Assembly: GCA_946401725.1 (NCBI GenBank)
Contig: CAMIVE010000001.1
Span: 72,724-136,723 of the forward strand
DNA: 64,000 bases
Direction of reading: 5' to 3'
Source: an uncultured Bacteroidales bacterium
Lineage (GTDB): Bacteria; Bacteroidota; Bacteroidia; Bacteroidales; P3
The first letter of the stretch is position 1; each line of letters starts with the position of its first letter. This document shows positions 35,049 to 42,510 of this stretch, one piece after another. Below the pieces are notes generated by a model, which was given only the letters and a program-made list of their open reading frames with translations, did not search any database and was not told the origin of the DNA. The position numbers and the translations under genes were made by a program.

Positions 35049-36644
35049 CTATGGTTCCAAAAAAACAGGTGCCCCATTCACATGATTGGGATGCTCTTCA
35101 TTAATTTTTTCAATCAGGCGAAGACTATTCTGATGGGATAAATCCAAGGTTGATACAGAAAGTTTAAATATCATATATGTCTTGCCTGGTTTTTGTGTTG
35201 GGTAACCTAATTTCTTTAGTTGTTGCCCCGACATTTCACAACATGATTTTATATTGTAAACCTGTTGCTTATTTGGGTGGTTAACATCGTATAATACAAG
35301 ATGCTCTGTTTTTTCAAACATAGCTAACTCGTCAAACATCGTACCTTTTCTTTTTCCTAATCTGATGTTGTAGATGCCCTGTTCCTGAATCCATTTCAGA
35401 TGCTTTTTGTTCTTGTAGCATCCCACCAAAATAGTCTTATCATCACCAATGAAATCAATTATTTGTTGGTTTGCCCCATTCCATTGATAATATTCGTAGT
35501 CTTCTGCAGCCTTAAGTATTTCTGACTTATCATTGATCGCGTATTTTATCACCGAGTTTTTTGTGCCGATTGATTCCTTGTACTGTGTATCCAAGACCTT
35601 ATTGTATGCTTTTCGCTCTATGTTAATTTCTTGCTTCAAACGAGCGATACACTGTTTCTTGATGGCACTGATGTAAGTTTCCATGAAGGAGTAGTCGACG
35701 GTTTTGCCATCATTTTTAACAGGAAGATACACTATATCCTTCTGAATCTTTGCTTTAGAAATAGAATCACCCCAAGAGTACTTTGGACTTAATGTCTTAT
35801 ATAGTGCGGCTACCATATAAAGTTGTGCCGATTCGTTACGTCCACTCCTATCATTCACAGTCAACACGAGATTGTGGCTGTCATTTGAAAAGAAGTCTCG
35901 TGGTTGATAAGTGATGACAAGTGTTTTACCACCTATTATGATGGAATTGCCATGCTCCATCAAGTCTGGTTTATAGGATATGTACGAAACGATAGAATTG
36001 TTACCTTCGCTAGCTGTTACGTATGGAGTGGTACCGCTGCCAAAGACAACATCTGACTTAAGTATATTATGGGAGTTAGCAACATTAAATTCCTTCACAA
36101 TATTAAACTTACGCATCTGTTTCTTCCCACATTCAATGGCATTCAATGCAAATTTCTCCCCCTTTGTCAAAGTGCAATCCTCGAATCCTGCCTCTTGAAG
36201 ATAGGCTTCGAGTTCGCGCACGCGCTCCTCTTCGAGTTCGCGCACGCGCTCCTCTTCGAGTTCGCGCACGCGCTCCTCGATAAAAATGAAATCAATTTTC
36301 CCTTTATTATTGACCGGGAGGACAATACTATCTTGTTCCATTTTTTCTTTAGTCCACTTAAAGGAATAACCATAGCCTTTCCCTTTTTTGATAAGCGGAG
36401 CTAAGAAAAATAGTGCAGATTGTTTTGTCATCACGAATTTGGGATAAAGGACATTTACGTCATCTGAAGCCCAAAAAGGTTCTGTTTGATAAAAGGCTTC
36501 ACCCACAGAGCCGTTATAAGTAACAGTAATTGTCCCCGCAGGATGTAAGCATTCTGAATTTCCGATTCTTGCCGTTAGTCCATTATTTGTAGAAGTTGCT
36601 CCAATAAAATTAATATCCCCAGGTATCATCTGAGCCTTGGTCAA
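35049..36644 (-). CDS. HsdS-like specificity subunit (two target-recognition domains) with an extra ~170-aa C-terminal domain
   Basis: There is an internal duplication. TRD1 reads ...IPGDINFIGATSTNNG...SIVLPVNNKGKIDFIFIEERV and TRD2 reads ...FGSGTTPYVTASEGNNS...DIVYLPVKNDGKTVDYSFMETYI, each followed by a helical spacer. The start is uncertain, because the track start is a TTG and the frame stays open upstream to 36800. Confidence 0.7.
   Translation of the reverse strand: MTKAQMIPGDINFIGATSTNNGLTARIGNSECLHPAGTITVTYNGSVGEAFYQTEPFWASDDVNVLYPKFVMTKQSALFFLAPLIKKGKGYGYSFKWTKEKMEQDSIVLPVNNKGKIDFIFIEERVRELEEERVRELEEERVRELEAYLQEAGFEDCTLTKGEKFALNAIECGKKQMRKFNIVKEFNVANSHNILKSDVVFGSGTTPYVTASEGNNSIVSYISYKPDLMEHGNSIIIGGKTLVITYQPRDFFSNDSHNLVLTVNDRSGRNESAQLYMVAALYKTLSPKYSWGDSISKAKIQKDIVYLPVKNDGKTVDYSFMETYISAIKKQCIARLKQEINIERKAYNKVLDTQYKESIGTKNSVIKYAINDKSEILKAAEDYEYYQWNGANQQIIDFIGDDKTILVGCYKNKKHLKWIQEQGIYNIRLGKRKGTMFDELAMFEKTEHLVLYDVNHPNKQQVYNIKSCCEMSGQQLKKLGYPTQKPGKTYMIFKLSVSTLDLSHQNSLRLIEKINEEHPNHVNGAPVFLEP
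36207..36278 (-). repeat. Perfect 3 x 24-bp tandem repeat encoding (EERVRELE)x3 in the central spacer helix of the S subunit
   Basis: TTCGAGTTCGCGCACGCGCTCCTC occurs three times without a mismatch (36207-36230, 36231-36254, 36255-36278). The unit is 16/24 G+C inside an AT-rich gene. Confidence 0.95.
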
Positions 36645-36733
36645 ACGCTTGCCTTTCTTTATTTCAAACAGACTGCCTATCTTGAAACTCCTGTATCCGC
36701 CCTCGGGTTCTTTCCATTTCCGCCGAGGGCTTG

Positions 36734-38833
36734 CTATTTTCCCAGGCCGCTTCCTCCTTCTTGCTTTATAACCTCGGATACTCGCCAGGCCAGATAATCT
36801 TTAACAACTTTGCGAAAGTCTTCTTCGGTTGGGATGGTCTCAATCTTTCTATGTTGTCCGTAGGTCCAGTCATTGCCGTCGAGTGTGATGTAGTCTTCAA
36901 TATATGAGCCATTAAGATAGTTTAGATTCTCGCCGTTCAATCCTTTCCCATATCGTACCAACTTCACCACCTCAGCGTATCGTTCACGGGCATTGTTGGT
37001 GTCGCGCAGGTTGACACTCTGGCTGGAGTGACGGCGGTTCATACGAGAATACCCATCCTCGGAGAAATCTATAAACTTGACTATAGATTCCTGAGCATGG
37101 GGCTTGTTCACTTCAAAGACATAAATAGCTGTCTGCACCGACGATTTACCGATGAACAAATCTATCGGCATCTTGATAGAGGCGACAAGAGTGTTGTTTT
37201 CCAGAATATCTTTCGTGTAAGGAAGACCGTTGCCACTGCCGGCGTTTTCTTGTATTAGAATGGCCGCCATTCCTCCATGGGTCATCATCGATAGGGCTTT
37301 CTTCACAAAGACAAAGCCTTTTCCATCTGCAGAATATGGCGGATTGAGTAGAAATACGGTTGCAGGGAAGTCCTTTCCTTTCATGTCTCCCTGCTCGTAT
37401 TCTCCATTAAACTGAGTGAGCGAATCGGCATGAATGATATTGGCAGAGCCGTCTTTCATCAGGATCATATTGAGTACAGCCAACAGATAGATGTCTGCCA
37501 ACTTCTCAATGCCCAACAATTGCTCTGTTTTGATATGTAGTATTTTCTCTGTTTTTGCTTTTGGGTTAGTAATCTTCTCTTGCGCATCGGCAATCATTAA
37601 ATGCATGGCGGAGATAAGGAAACCTGCGGAACCAGTGGCAAAATCCCATACATATGAATCTTTGTTAACCTGGCATAACCTTGCCATCAGTTCTGTGACA
37701 AAGCGTGGAGTAAGCACTACATCGTTTTCTGCACCATCAGGCACATCAACCCATGCATTAAGAACATTGAATAGTCGTCCTGTGAAGTCGAGGTTGTGCA
37801 ATTCGCCTGTCAAGAAAGGAATAATGTCGGCCTTGATGTCGCGGTAGAGTGTGCGTAGGTTGCTCTCCCCGTTCTTTGCTTCTTCAAGATGTGAATGCTG
37901 AAACACCACAGAAAGTATTTTTATTATCATGTCAATCTTCTCTGTGGGCAGTTTTTTGTATTTGAGATAGGACTTGATTTTTCGCATGATGACAGCGCCA
38001 TCGTTGTTCTCCTCGTCGGTGTCACCGTGAAGGTCATCCTCTTGAAGGGGCAATACCTTGTATTTGTCATCCTCTTTAACACCAAGGCCTGCCATGATAA
38101 GACCTGTGACTAGTTGTACTCGCTGATTGACCACAATCTGCAACTCGTCTTCCATCTTTTGATTCAAGTCTTTCAGCTTGCGCTCGATATCATCCTCCAG
38201 TTTTGACTTCTGTTGTTCTATCTCCTCATCAGACAGGCCTATATTGGCAATATTATTCAATAGATCCTTTTGGTGTTTTGGAATCAAAAATGAGAGGTCG
38301 CTATATTTAGCCATCTCTTTGGGTATAAATAAGTTCTGTCGGGAAATATACCATACACTGACCTCATATATCGTTCCAGATACAGATTCCTCGTAACCAT
38401 TAACCCCAATAGCTATTACCTCTTTGTAAGTAGTGTTGCGCAATATTGCATTTGCATAATGTACAGCTCCATTGACAGCATACTTAGCAATATTTGTATA
38501 ATTGGGTTCACCTTTCTTGGTTAGATTGTCCGGAAGTTTGCTGTCGTTATCACGCTTGATAAGAGCTCCCTTTGTTCCTTTGACTTCAATCATCACAGGA
38601 ATCTCACCATTGGGTGTCGAAAGTAGGCATTTAATATCGGGATAGTTGCCTCCGTCTTTTCCTGACTTTGATGGACTGGCCTTAAGAGCTTTCTCAATTT
38701 GTGGATTAATAAAGTCTGTCTTAGGGTAGAGCTTCACTCCTTTCAATTGCTCTTTTGCCCATTGTTCAACAGATTCTTCTATACTGCTGGTCTTTTTTGC
38801 CATATCTGTCTTTTGATTAAAATAGAACAACAT
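36734..38833 (-). CDS. Fused restriction endonuclease / N6-adenine DNA methyltransferase, BcgI-A-like (Type IIB/IIG architecture)
   Basis: N-terminal PD-x15-ExK-like motif (NYPDIKCLLSTPNGEIPVMIEVKGTK), SAM motif I (VWDFATGSAGFL) and motif IV NPPY (FLLNPPYSA). It sits directly upstream of an S-like gene. An alternative ATG lies at 38803 (MAKKTSS). Confidence 0.7.
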   Translation of the reverse strand: MLFYFNQKTDMAKKTSSIEESVEQWAKEQLKGVKLYPKTDFINPQIEKALKASPSKSGKDGGNYPDIKCLLSTPNGEIPVMIEVKGTKGALIKRDNDSKLPDNLTKKGEPNYTNIAKYAVNGAVHYANAILRNTTYKEVIAIGVNGYEESVSGTIYEVSVWYISRQNLFIPKEMAKYSDLSFLIPKHQKDLLNNIANIGLSDEEIEQQKSKLEDDIERKLKDLNQKMEDELQIVVNQRVQLVTGLIMAGLGVKEDDKYKVLPLQEDDLHGDTDEENNDGAVIMRKIKSYLKYKKLPTEKIDMIIKILSVVFQHSHLEEAKNGESNLRTLYRDIKADIIPFLTGELHNLDFTGRLFNVLNAWVDVPDGAENDVVLTPRFVTELMARLCQVNKDSYVWDFATGSAGFLISAMHLMIADAQEKITNPKAKTEKILHIKTEQLLGIEKLADIYLLAVLNMILMKDGSANIIHADSLTQFNGEYEQGDMKGKDFPATVFLLNPPYSADGKGFVFVKKALSMMTHGGMAAILIQENAGSGNGLPYTKDILENNTLVASIKMPIDLFIGKSSVQTAIYVFEVNKPHAQESIVKFIDFSEDGYSRMNRRHSSQSVNLRDTNNARERYAEVVKLVRYGKGLNGENLNYLNGSYIEDYITLDGNDWTYGQHRKIETIPTEEDFRKVVKDYLAWRVSEVIKQEGGSGLGK

Positions 38834-38848
38834 GCATTTTAGATATCC

Positions 38849-39592
38849 TCAGACAACCATCTTTCCTGGCATCTGTTGGATTACTTTACCCATCAGGAGT
38901 TTGCCGTTAGCGTGTTTGTTGCGTTTGATGCCATCGCTTCCCCAAGTACCCCATTGTTTGAAGAAGAAGGCGGCTCCTTGCTGTTCAACTTGCTGCTTGA
39001 TGTTGACCACCCACTCCAAAAGCATCGGACGAGCTTGGGGACCGCTCTCGCCTCCGACAATGACCCAATCTATACCATCAAGGTTCATTTCGCCCAAGTC
39101 TTCTATTAGCGGTTCGCATGAAAGGAACTTGATGCTTGCATCCAACTTGCGAAGGCAATCGATGCGCGTCTTAGTAGCTTCGCACTCAACTGTTACTCCC
39201 AACCAGACATTGAGGGGAATCAGCCTTGTGGAAAAATACTCAGCCATTCGTTCGGCACGTTTGGTAAGTATCTGGTAGCGGTGCTGTGGCGTCAGCATGA
39301 TAGTTCGCATAATTTTGTCGACAAACTCGAAAGGCACCTCCTCGTGGAAAATGTCACTCATGGAACAAACAAAGATGTTATGAGGCTTGCGCCATTGTAA
39401 CGGCTCTTTCAAGTCATCCTCATGCAGAGTTAATCCGAAGCCGTTGCGGTATTTTTCCAATCCCATGGCCTTTAATCGTCGTGCCATCACCTCTGCATAG
39501 CAGTGGGCGCAGCCCGCAGACTTCTTGTCACAACCAGTTATGGGATTCCATGTCTTATCGGTCCATTCTATTTTAGTCGTTTTGGTCGCCAT
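38849..39592 (-). CDS. DUF5131 / phage Gp37-Gp68 family three-Cys protein
   Basis: KIEWTDKTWNPITGC-x6-C-x2-CYA at the N-terminus, with later FLSCEPL, IDWVIVGGESGPQARP and FFFKQWG blocks, matching the PF07505 family as I remember it. Confidence 0.75.
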   Translation of the reverse strand: MATKTTKIEWTDKTWNPITGCDKKSAGCAHCYAEVMARRLKAMGLEKYRNGFGLTLHEDDLKEPLQWRKPHNIFVCSMSDIFHEEVPFEFVDKIMRTIMLTPQHRYQILTKRAERMAEYFSTRLIPLNVWLGVTVECEATKTRIDCLRKLDASIKFLSCEPLIEDLGEMNLDGIDWVIVGGESGPQARPMLLEWVVNIKQQVEQQGAAFFFKQWGTWGSDGIKRNKHANGKLLMGKVIQQMPGKMVV

Positions 39593-39594
39593 AA

Positions 39595-40539
39595 TTACTT
39601 GTTTATTATTTCGTGGGCTATCTTGACAGCACTGGAATTGTTGGATGCACAGGCAAAATGGAAGATGGGGGTGTTTCGAGTGTTGTACAGAACAAGCGGC
39701 TTTTCTGTAACATGCTTAAAAATGGTCCCCATCTGTTGAATGTACAATTCTGCAATCTTTTGGATAGGTTCCTTTACTTTCTCAACCACCTCAACAGCCC
39801 CGAATAGAGTCTTATCCACCCGGGTGTTGTAAAAGTATTCTTTCAAGAATGATTCGTCTTTTCCAAAGAAAGAGGTAAGTTTCTCTATATGTGTTAATTT
39901 GCATCTTCTATCAAGCAACCTATTCACAATCACTCCTGTGGGGATAAGAATCCACAAGTCAGTACCAGTATCCTTGAGTTTCTTGATAGACGTCCAATCA
40001 AGTTGCATTCCAAAGGGATCAAGCAGGACAAGAGATCTCAACTTGTTATTGTGATGCATGGCATTTGCAAGATTTACAACCTCGTCGTTGGCATTATTAT
40101 GACGGAATTCAATCTTTTTCCCATTACACAGGGGTTTTAATTTTGCCTCAAGTGCCTCATTGGATTTTTTATCAATGTCAACGAAATAATAGTAGTCGAA
40201 ACCCCTTTGTTTAATGTTCAACACACGTTCGGCTGCTCCTTGATAAGGAGCAAGTTCCTCGACGGAAATTCGATGTTCTTCCATCAAATTCATCATCACT
40301 TGGTTGTCTTCGGTGAGGGCTTCCACATTGCGAGAGCCACTGCCGGCGAACCCGTCAAAATATATCAGTTTCCACTGATACTGGTCACGATACTTATTCA
40401 TGATGGTGAGGTATGCTTTGACATACTTCTCGAAAGCATCCAGTTTTTCCTCCGTCCAAACACCACCCCATGAACTTTGTGGTTCGGAGATAGTTAAACA
40501 TTCCCGACACTCAGAATCCTCTTTATATGGCTTATTCAT
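39595..40539 (-). CDS. tcmP: TcmP-like 'three-Cys-motif partner' protein, with a putative Rossmann/SAM-methyltransferase-like fold
   Basis: 314 aa, ending 2 nt before the DUF5131 ATG. It has LIYFDGFAGSGS (motif-I-like FxGxG) and, ~100 aa later, LVLLDPFG (DPPY/DPPF-like). The pairing with DUF5131 matches the TIGR04474 description as I recall it. Confidence 0.6.
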   Translation of the reverse strand: MNKPYKEDSECRECLTISEPQSSWGGVWTEEKLDAFEKYVKAYLTIMNKYRDQYQWKLIYFDGFAGSGSRNVEALTEDNQVMMNLMEEHRISVEELAPYQGAAERVLNIKQRGFDYYYFVDIDKKSNEALEAKLKPLCNGKKIEFRHNNANDEVVNLANAMHHNNKLRSLVLLDPFGMQLDWTSIKKLKDTGTDLWILIPTGVIVNRLLDRRCKLTHIEKLTSFFGKDESFLKEYFYNTRVDKTLFGAVEVVEKVKEPIQKIAELYIQQMGTIFKHVTEKPLVLYNTRNTPIFHFACASNNSSAVKIAHEIINK

Positions 40540-40582
40540 ATTATAGTTTATTCTGTATGGAATAACTTACAATTTCAAACTG

Positions 40583-40590
40583 CAAAGATA
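40583..40590 (-). promoter_or_regulatory. Candidate -7 box TATCTTTG for the four-gene cluster
   Basis: The reverse complement of CAAAGATA matches TAnnTTTG, 44 nt upstream of the tcmP-like ATG at 40539. Confidence 0.45.
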
Positions 40591-40795
40591 TATATTTTTT
40601 CTGGAACAGCAAAATGTTTTTGACATAGGCAATTGGGAAGGCTTAAGGACTGCCGAGAGACCAAAGAAAGACCGCCGAAGAGTCGCGATATGATTATATC
40701 ACCGAAGGGGTGCTAAGAGAATATTGGAAGGACGTAAAAAATCTCATCAAATCAACATGGACTAACAGTCTATAACATTCTGCAACACGGACGAA

Positions 40796-40836
40796 TAAAA
40801 AACCGAAGGAATTTATTACTGTTTCCTTCGGTTTTC
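40796..40836 (-). terminator. Bidirectional rho-independent terminator
   Basis: CCGAAGGAA-N11-TTCCTTCGG (40803-40831) flanked by A7 and T4. It lies 26 nt below the stop of the 40857-41330 gene. Confidence 0.7.
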
Positions 40837-40856
40837 GGATTACTTTAAGGGATAGC

Positions 40857-41330
40857 TTAGAGATCTATCTCGTCGATGAATTTGTAATCGGCTTCGAAGT
40901 TCATGTAGCGCATGTTACGCCATTTCTTGGTGAAGAAACCTTTGCGTTTGCCAATCAGAACCTGATAGGTGGTTTTGTTTTTGATGTACAAAGCATAAAG
41001 CTCTTTGATGGTGTAGCCAGGATGCATGTCTTTAACGAGTTCGACAATGGCACGAGGATAGTATTTTTCTTCAACGTACCAACGAATTTCGGTACCTTTG
41101 GGAGAAAAACGATAGACTGTCAACGTACCGTTCTCACTCGTAAAACGAGCGTCATAAACCAAAGAGTCGACCATTTCCCATTTCACAGATTTTACATCAG
41201 ACAGCTGATTTTTGAAATCTTTCACATAACGTTCAGGGACATCTTTTTCAGAAACCGATTTGCCACTCTGTGCAAAGAGAACATTTTGACTCAGCAATAC
41301 AGCAATTGCCAATATAAATATCTTTCTCAT
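40857..41330 (-). CDS. Hypothetical periplasmic protein (possibly PepSY-like repeats)
   Basis: 157 aa with a signal peptide. It has a two-fold beta-rich repeat pattern and no catalytic motif. Confidence 0.5.
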   Translation of the reverse strand: MRKIFILAIAVLLSQNVLFAQSGKSVSEKDVPERYVKDFKNQLSDVKSVKWEMVDSLVYDARFTSENGTLTVYRFSPKGTEIRWYVEEKYYPRAIVELVKDMHPGYTIKELYALYIKNKTTYQVLIGKRKGFFTKKWRNMRYMNFEADYKFIDEIDL

Positions 41331-41592
41331 TTTTATTATTTTATGATGTTTCTATACTTTTTTTATTGATTCACAAAAATACAATTATTTTTAAAAAAAT
41401 TAAAGACTTTAACTAATTATTCTTGTTTTTAGTGATTGTAAAAAAAAGGTGATACGATGATTACTCGAGGTCGCGTCTCCCCGAGACGCATATAAGTCGT
41501 TGTTTTTTGTACCCCAGACTGCACTTCGTTTGTCTGGGGTTATTGAAATTATGTACCTTCGGCACATTATCGTTACGTGTTATTTTTTATCC

Positions 41593-42309
41593 TTACTTAA
41601 AAAGATTGGCGGCGACTTGCTGCAATACTTTCTCGCCGTCGCGAATCACCTGCAGGCTCCAGTACAGTTTCAAGGTAAGCTGTTCCTCCTCGCTCAGCTG
41701 CCAGGCAATGGTACTGTCTGAGCGCATCCGTTCCGTGGTGCTGAAGAGGCTGAGGGCAGCACAGACCGATATGTTGAAACTCTCTGTAAATCCATACATG
41801 GGAATCTTGACATAGGCATCGGCACCATCGATAGCTTCCTGCGTGAGGCCGGTCAATTCGGTGCCGAAAACCAACGCTATGGGCTGGCTGAGATCGAGAT
41901 CGCCAATCATGGTGTCGTTCTCATGAGGAAGTGTCGCTACAATGCGGTAGCCCTTTTTATGCAAATGGCAGTAGGCATCGCTGATGGTAGGATGCTTGTA
42001 GTAGTCGACCCACTTGCTGCTACCTACGGCGACATCGCCGGCCGGATTGAACTCGTTGCGCGATTCCACCACATGAACATCCTGCACGCCGAAGCAGTCA
42101 CAGCTGCGCAATACCGCACTGGCATTGTGCGACTGGTAGATATCCTCAAGTACGACGGCAATGTGGCGCGTGCGATGAAGCACCAGCCGGTCGAAAAGCT
42201 GACGCTTGTTGTCGGAATAGAGGGCACTGAGCGCTTCGTAAAGCTGCTCTTTCTCTACATAAGTATAGCGGTCGAAAAGACCCGGCTGGTCAAGGTGGCG
42301 ATGGGGCAT
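41593..42309 (-). CDS. trmH: SpoU/TrmH-family RNA 2'-O-methyltransferase
   Basis: HIAVVLEDIYQSHNASAVLRSCDCFGVQDVHVV and C-terminal IPMYGFTESFNISVCAA (SPOUT knot motifs). Confidence 0.75.
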   Translation of the reverse strand: MPHRHLDQPGLFDRYTYVEKEQLYEALSALYSDNKRQLFDRLVLHRTRHIAVVLEDIYQSHNASAVLRSCDCFGVQDVHVVESRNEFNPAGDVAVGSSKWVDYYKHPTISDAYCHLHKKGYRIVATLPHENDTMIGDLDLSQPIALVFGTELTGLTQEAIDGADAYVKIPMYGFTESFNISVCAALSLFSTTERMRSDSTIAWQLSEEEQLTLKLYWSLQVIRDGEKVLQQVAANLFK

Positions 42310-42510
42310 TGAAAGATGGTGTATTTATAAGTTAGCTAGGGTATAATATCCGTTTCTATGATTTCATTTACCGGACATAAACGCGAGAAAAAGGTTTTTT
42401 ATTATCCGATTCCTCTTGTTTTTTCATCAAAGTCAAGCACATTGTTTTTTTTGCTATTTTTGCAACAGACAATTTTGGAACACAATCATCAAAAACACAT
42501 TCAAATCAAA

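Larger units (their letters stand above)
34685..40856 (-). other. AT-rich accessory islet carrying a four-gene restriction/modification-type cluster, with no integrase or transposase in the window
   Basis: There is an abrupt compositional drop. Spot counts of single 60-nt lines give 20/60 G+C at 35101-35160 versus 36/60 at 33001-33060. Four co-oriented genes have 2-nt and 15-nt gaps between the first three, and the M/S junction is ambiguous (89 nt to the TTG, though the S frame stays open upstream into the M gene). Non-coding AT-rich arms of 364 bp and 317 bp flank them. Confidence 0.6.

Noticed and set aside
36069-36404. A plus-strand ORF with an (EFAHALLF)x3 repeat.
   Set aside because: It is simply the antisense reading of the 24-bp tandem repeat inside the S gene. 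The surrounding translation has no supporting features.
35013-40590. An identical 10-mer TGCAAAGATA at 35013-35022 and 40581-40590, which could be read as a target-site duplication or att pair bracketing the four genes.
   Set aside because: The 10-mer is essentially the reverse complement of the generic Bacteroidetes -7 promoter consensus (TAnnTTTG plus CA). Its recurrence in two AT-rich ~350-bp arms is not surprising. My rough estimate for a chance 10-mer match between two such arms is of order 0.1 or higher given the composition. No integrase is present, and joining the outer flanks does not restore an ORF.
41473-41539. Two hairpins (GCGTCTC-CCC-GAGACGC at 41473-41489 and CCCCAGAC-N12-GTCTGGGG at 41512-41539) in the 262-bp spacer between trmH and the 40857-41330 gene. 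They could indicate an sRNA.
   Set aside because: There is no adjacent promoter box or U-tract in a consistent orientation. They are more simply read as weak terminator or stabiliser structures downstream of trmH. I could not support a gene call from the sequence alone.
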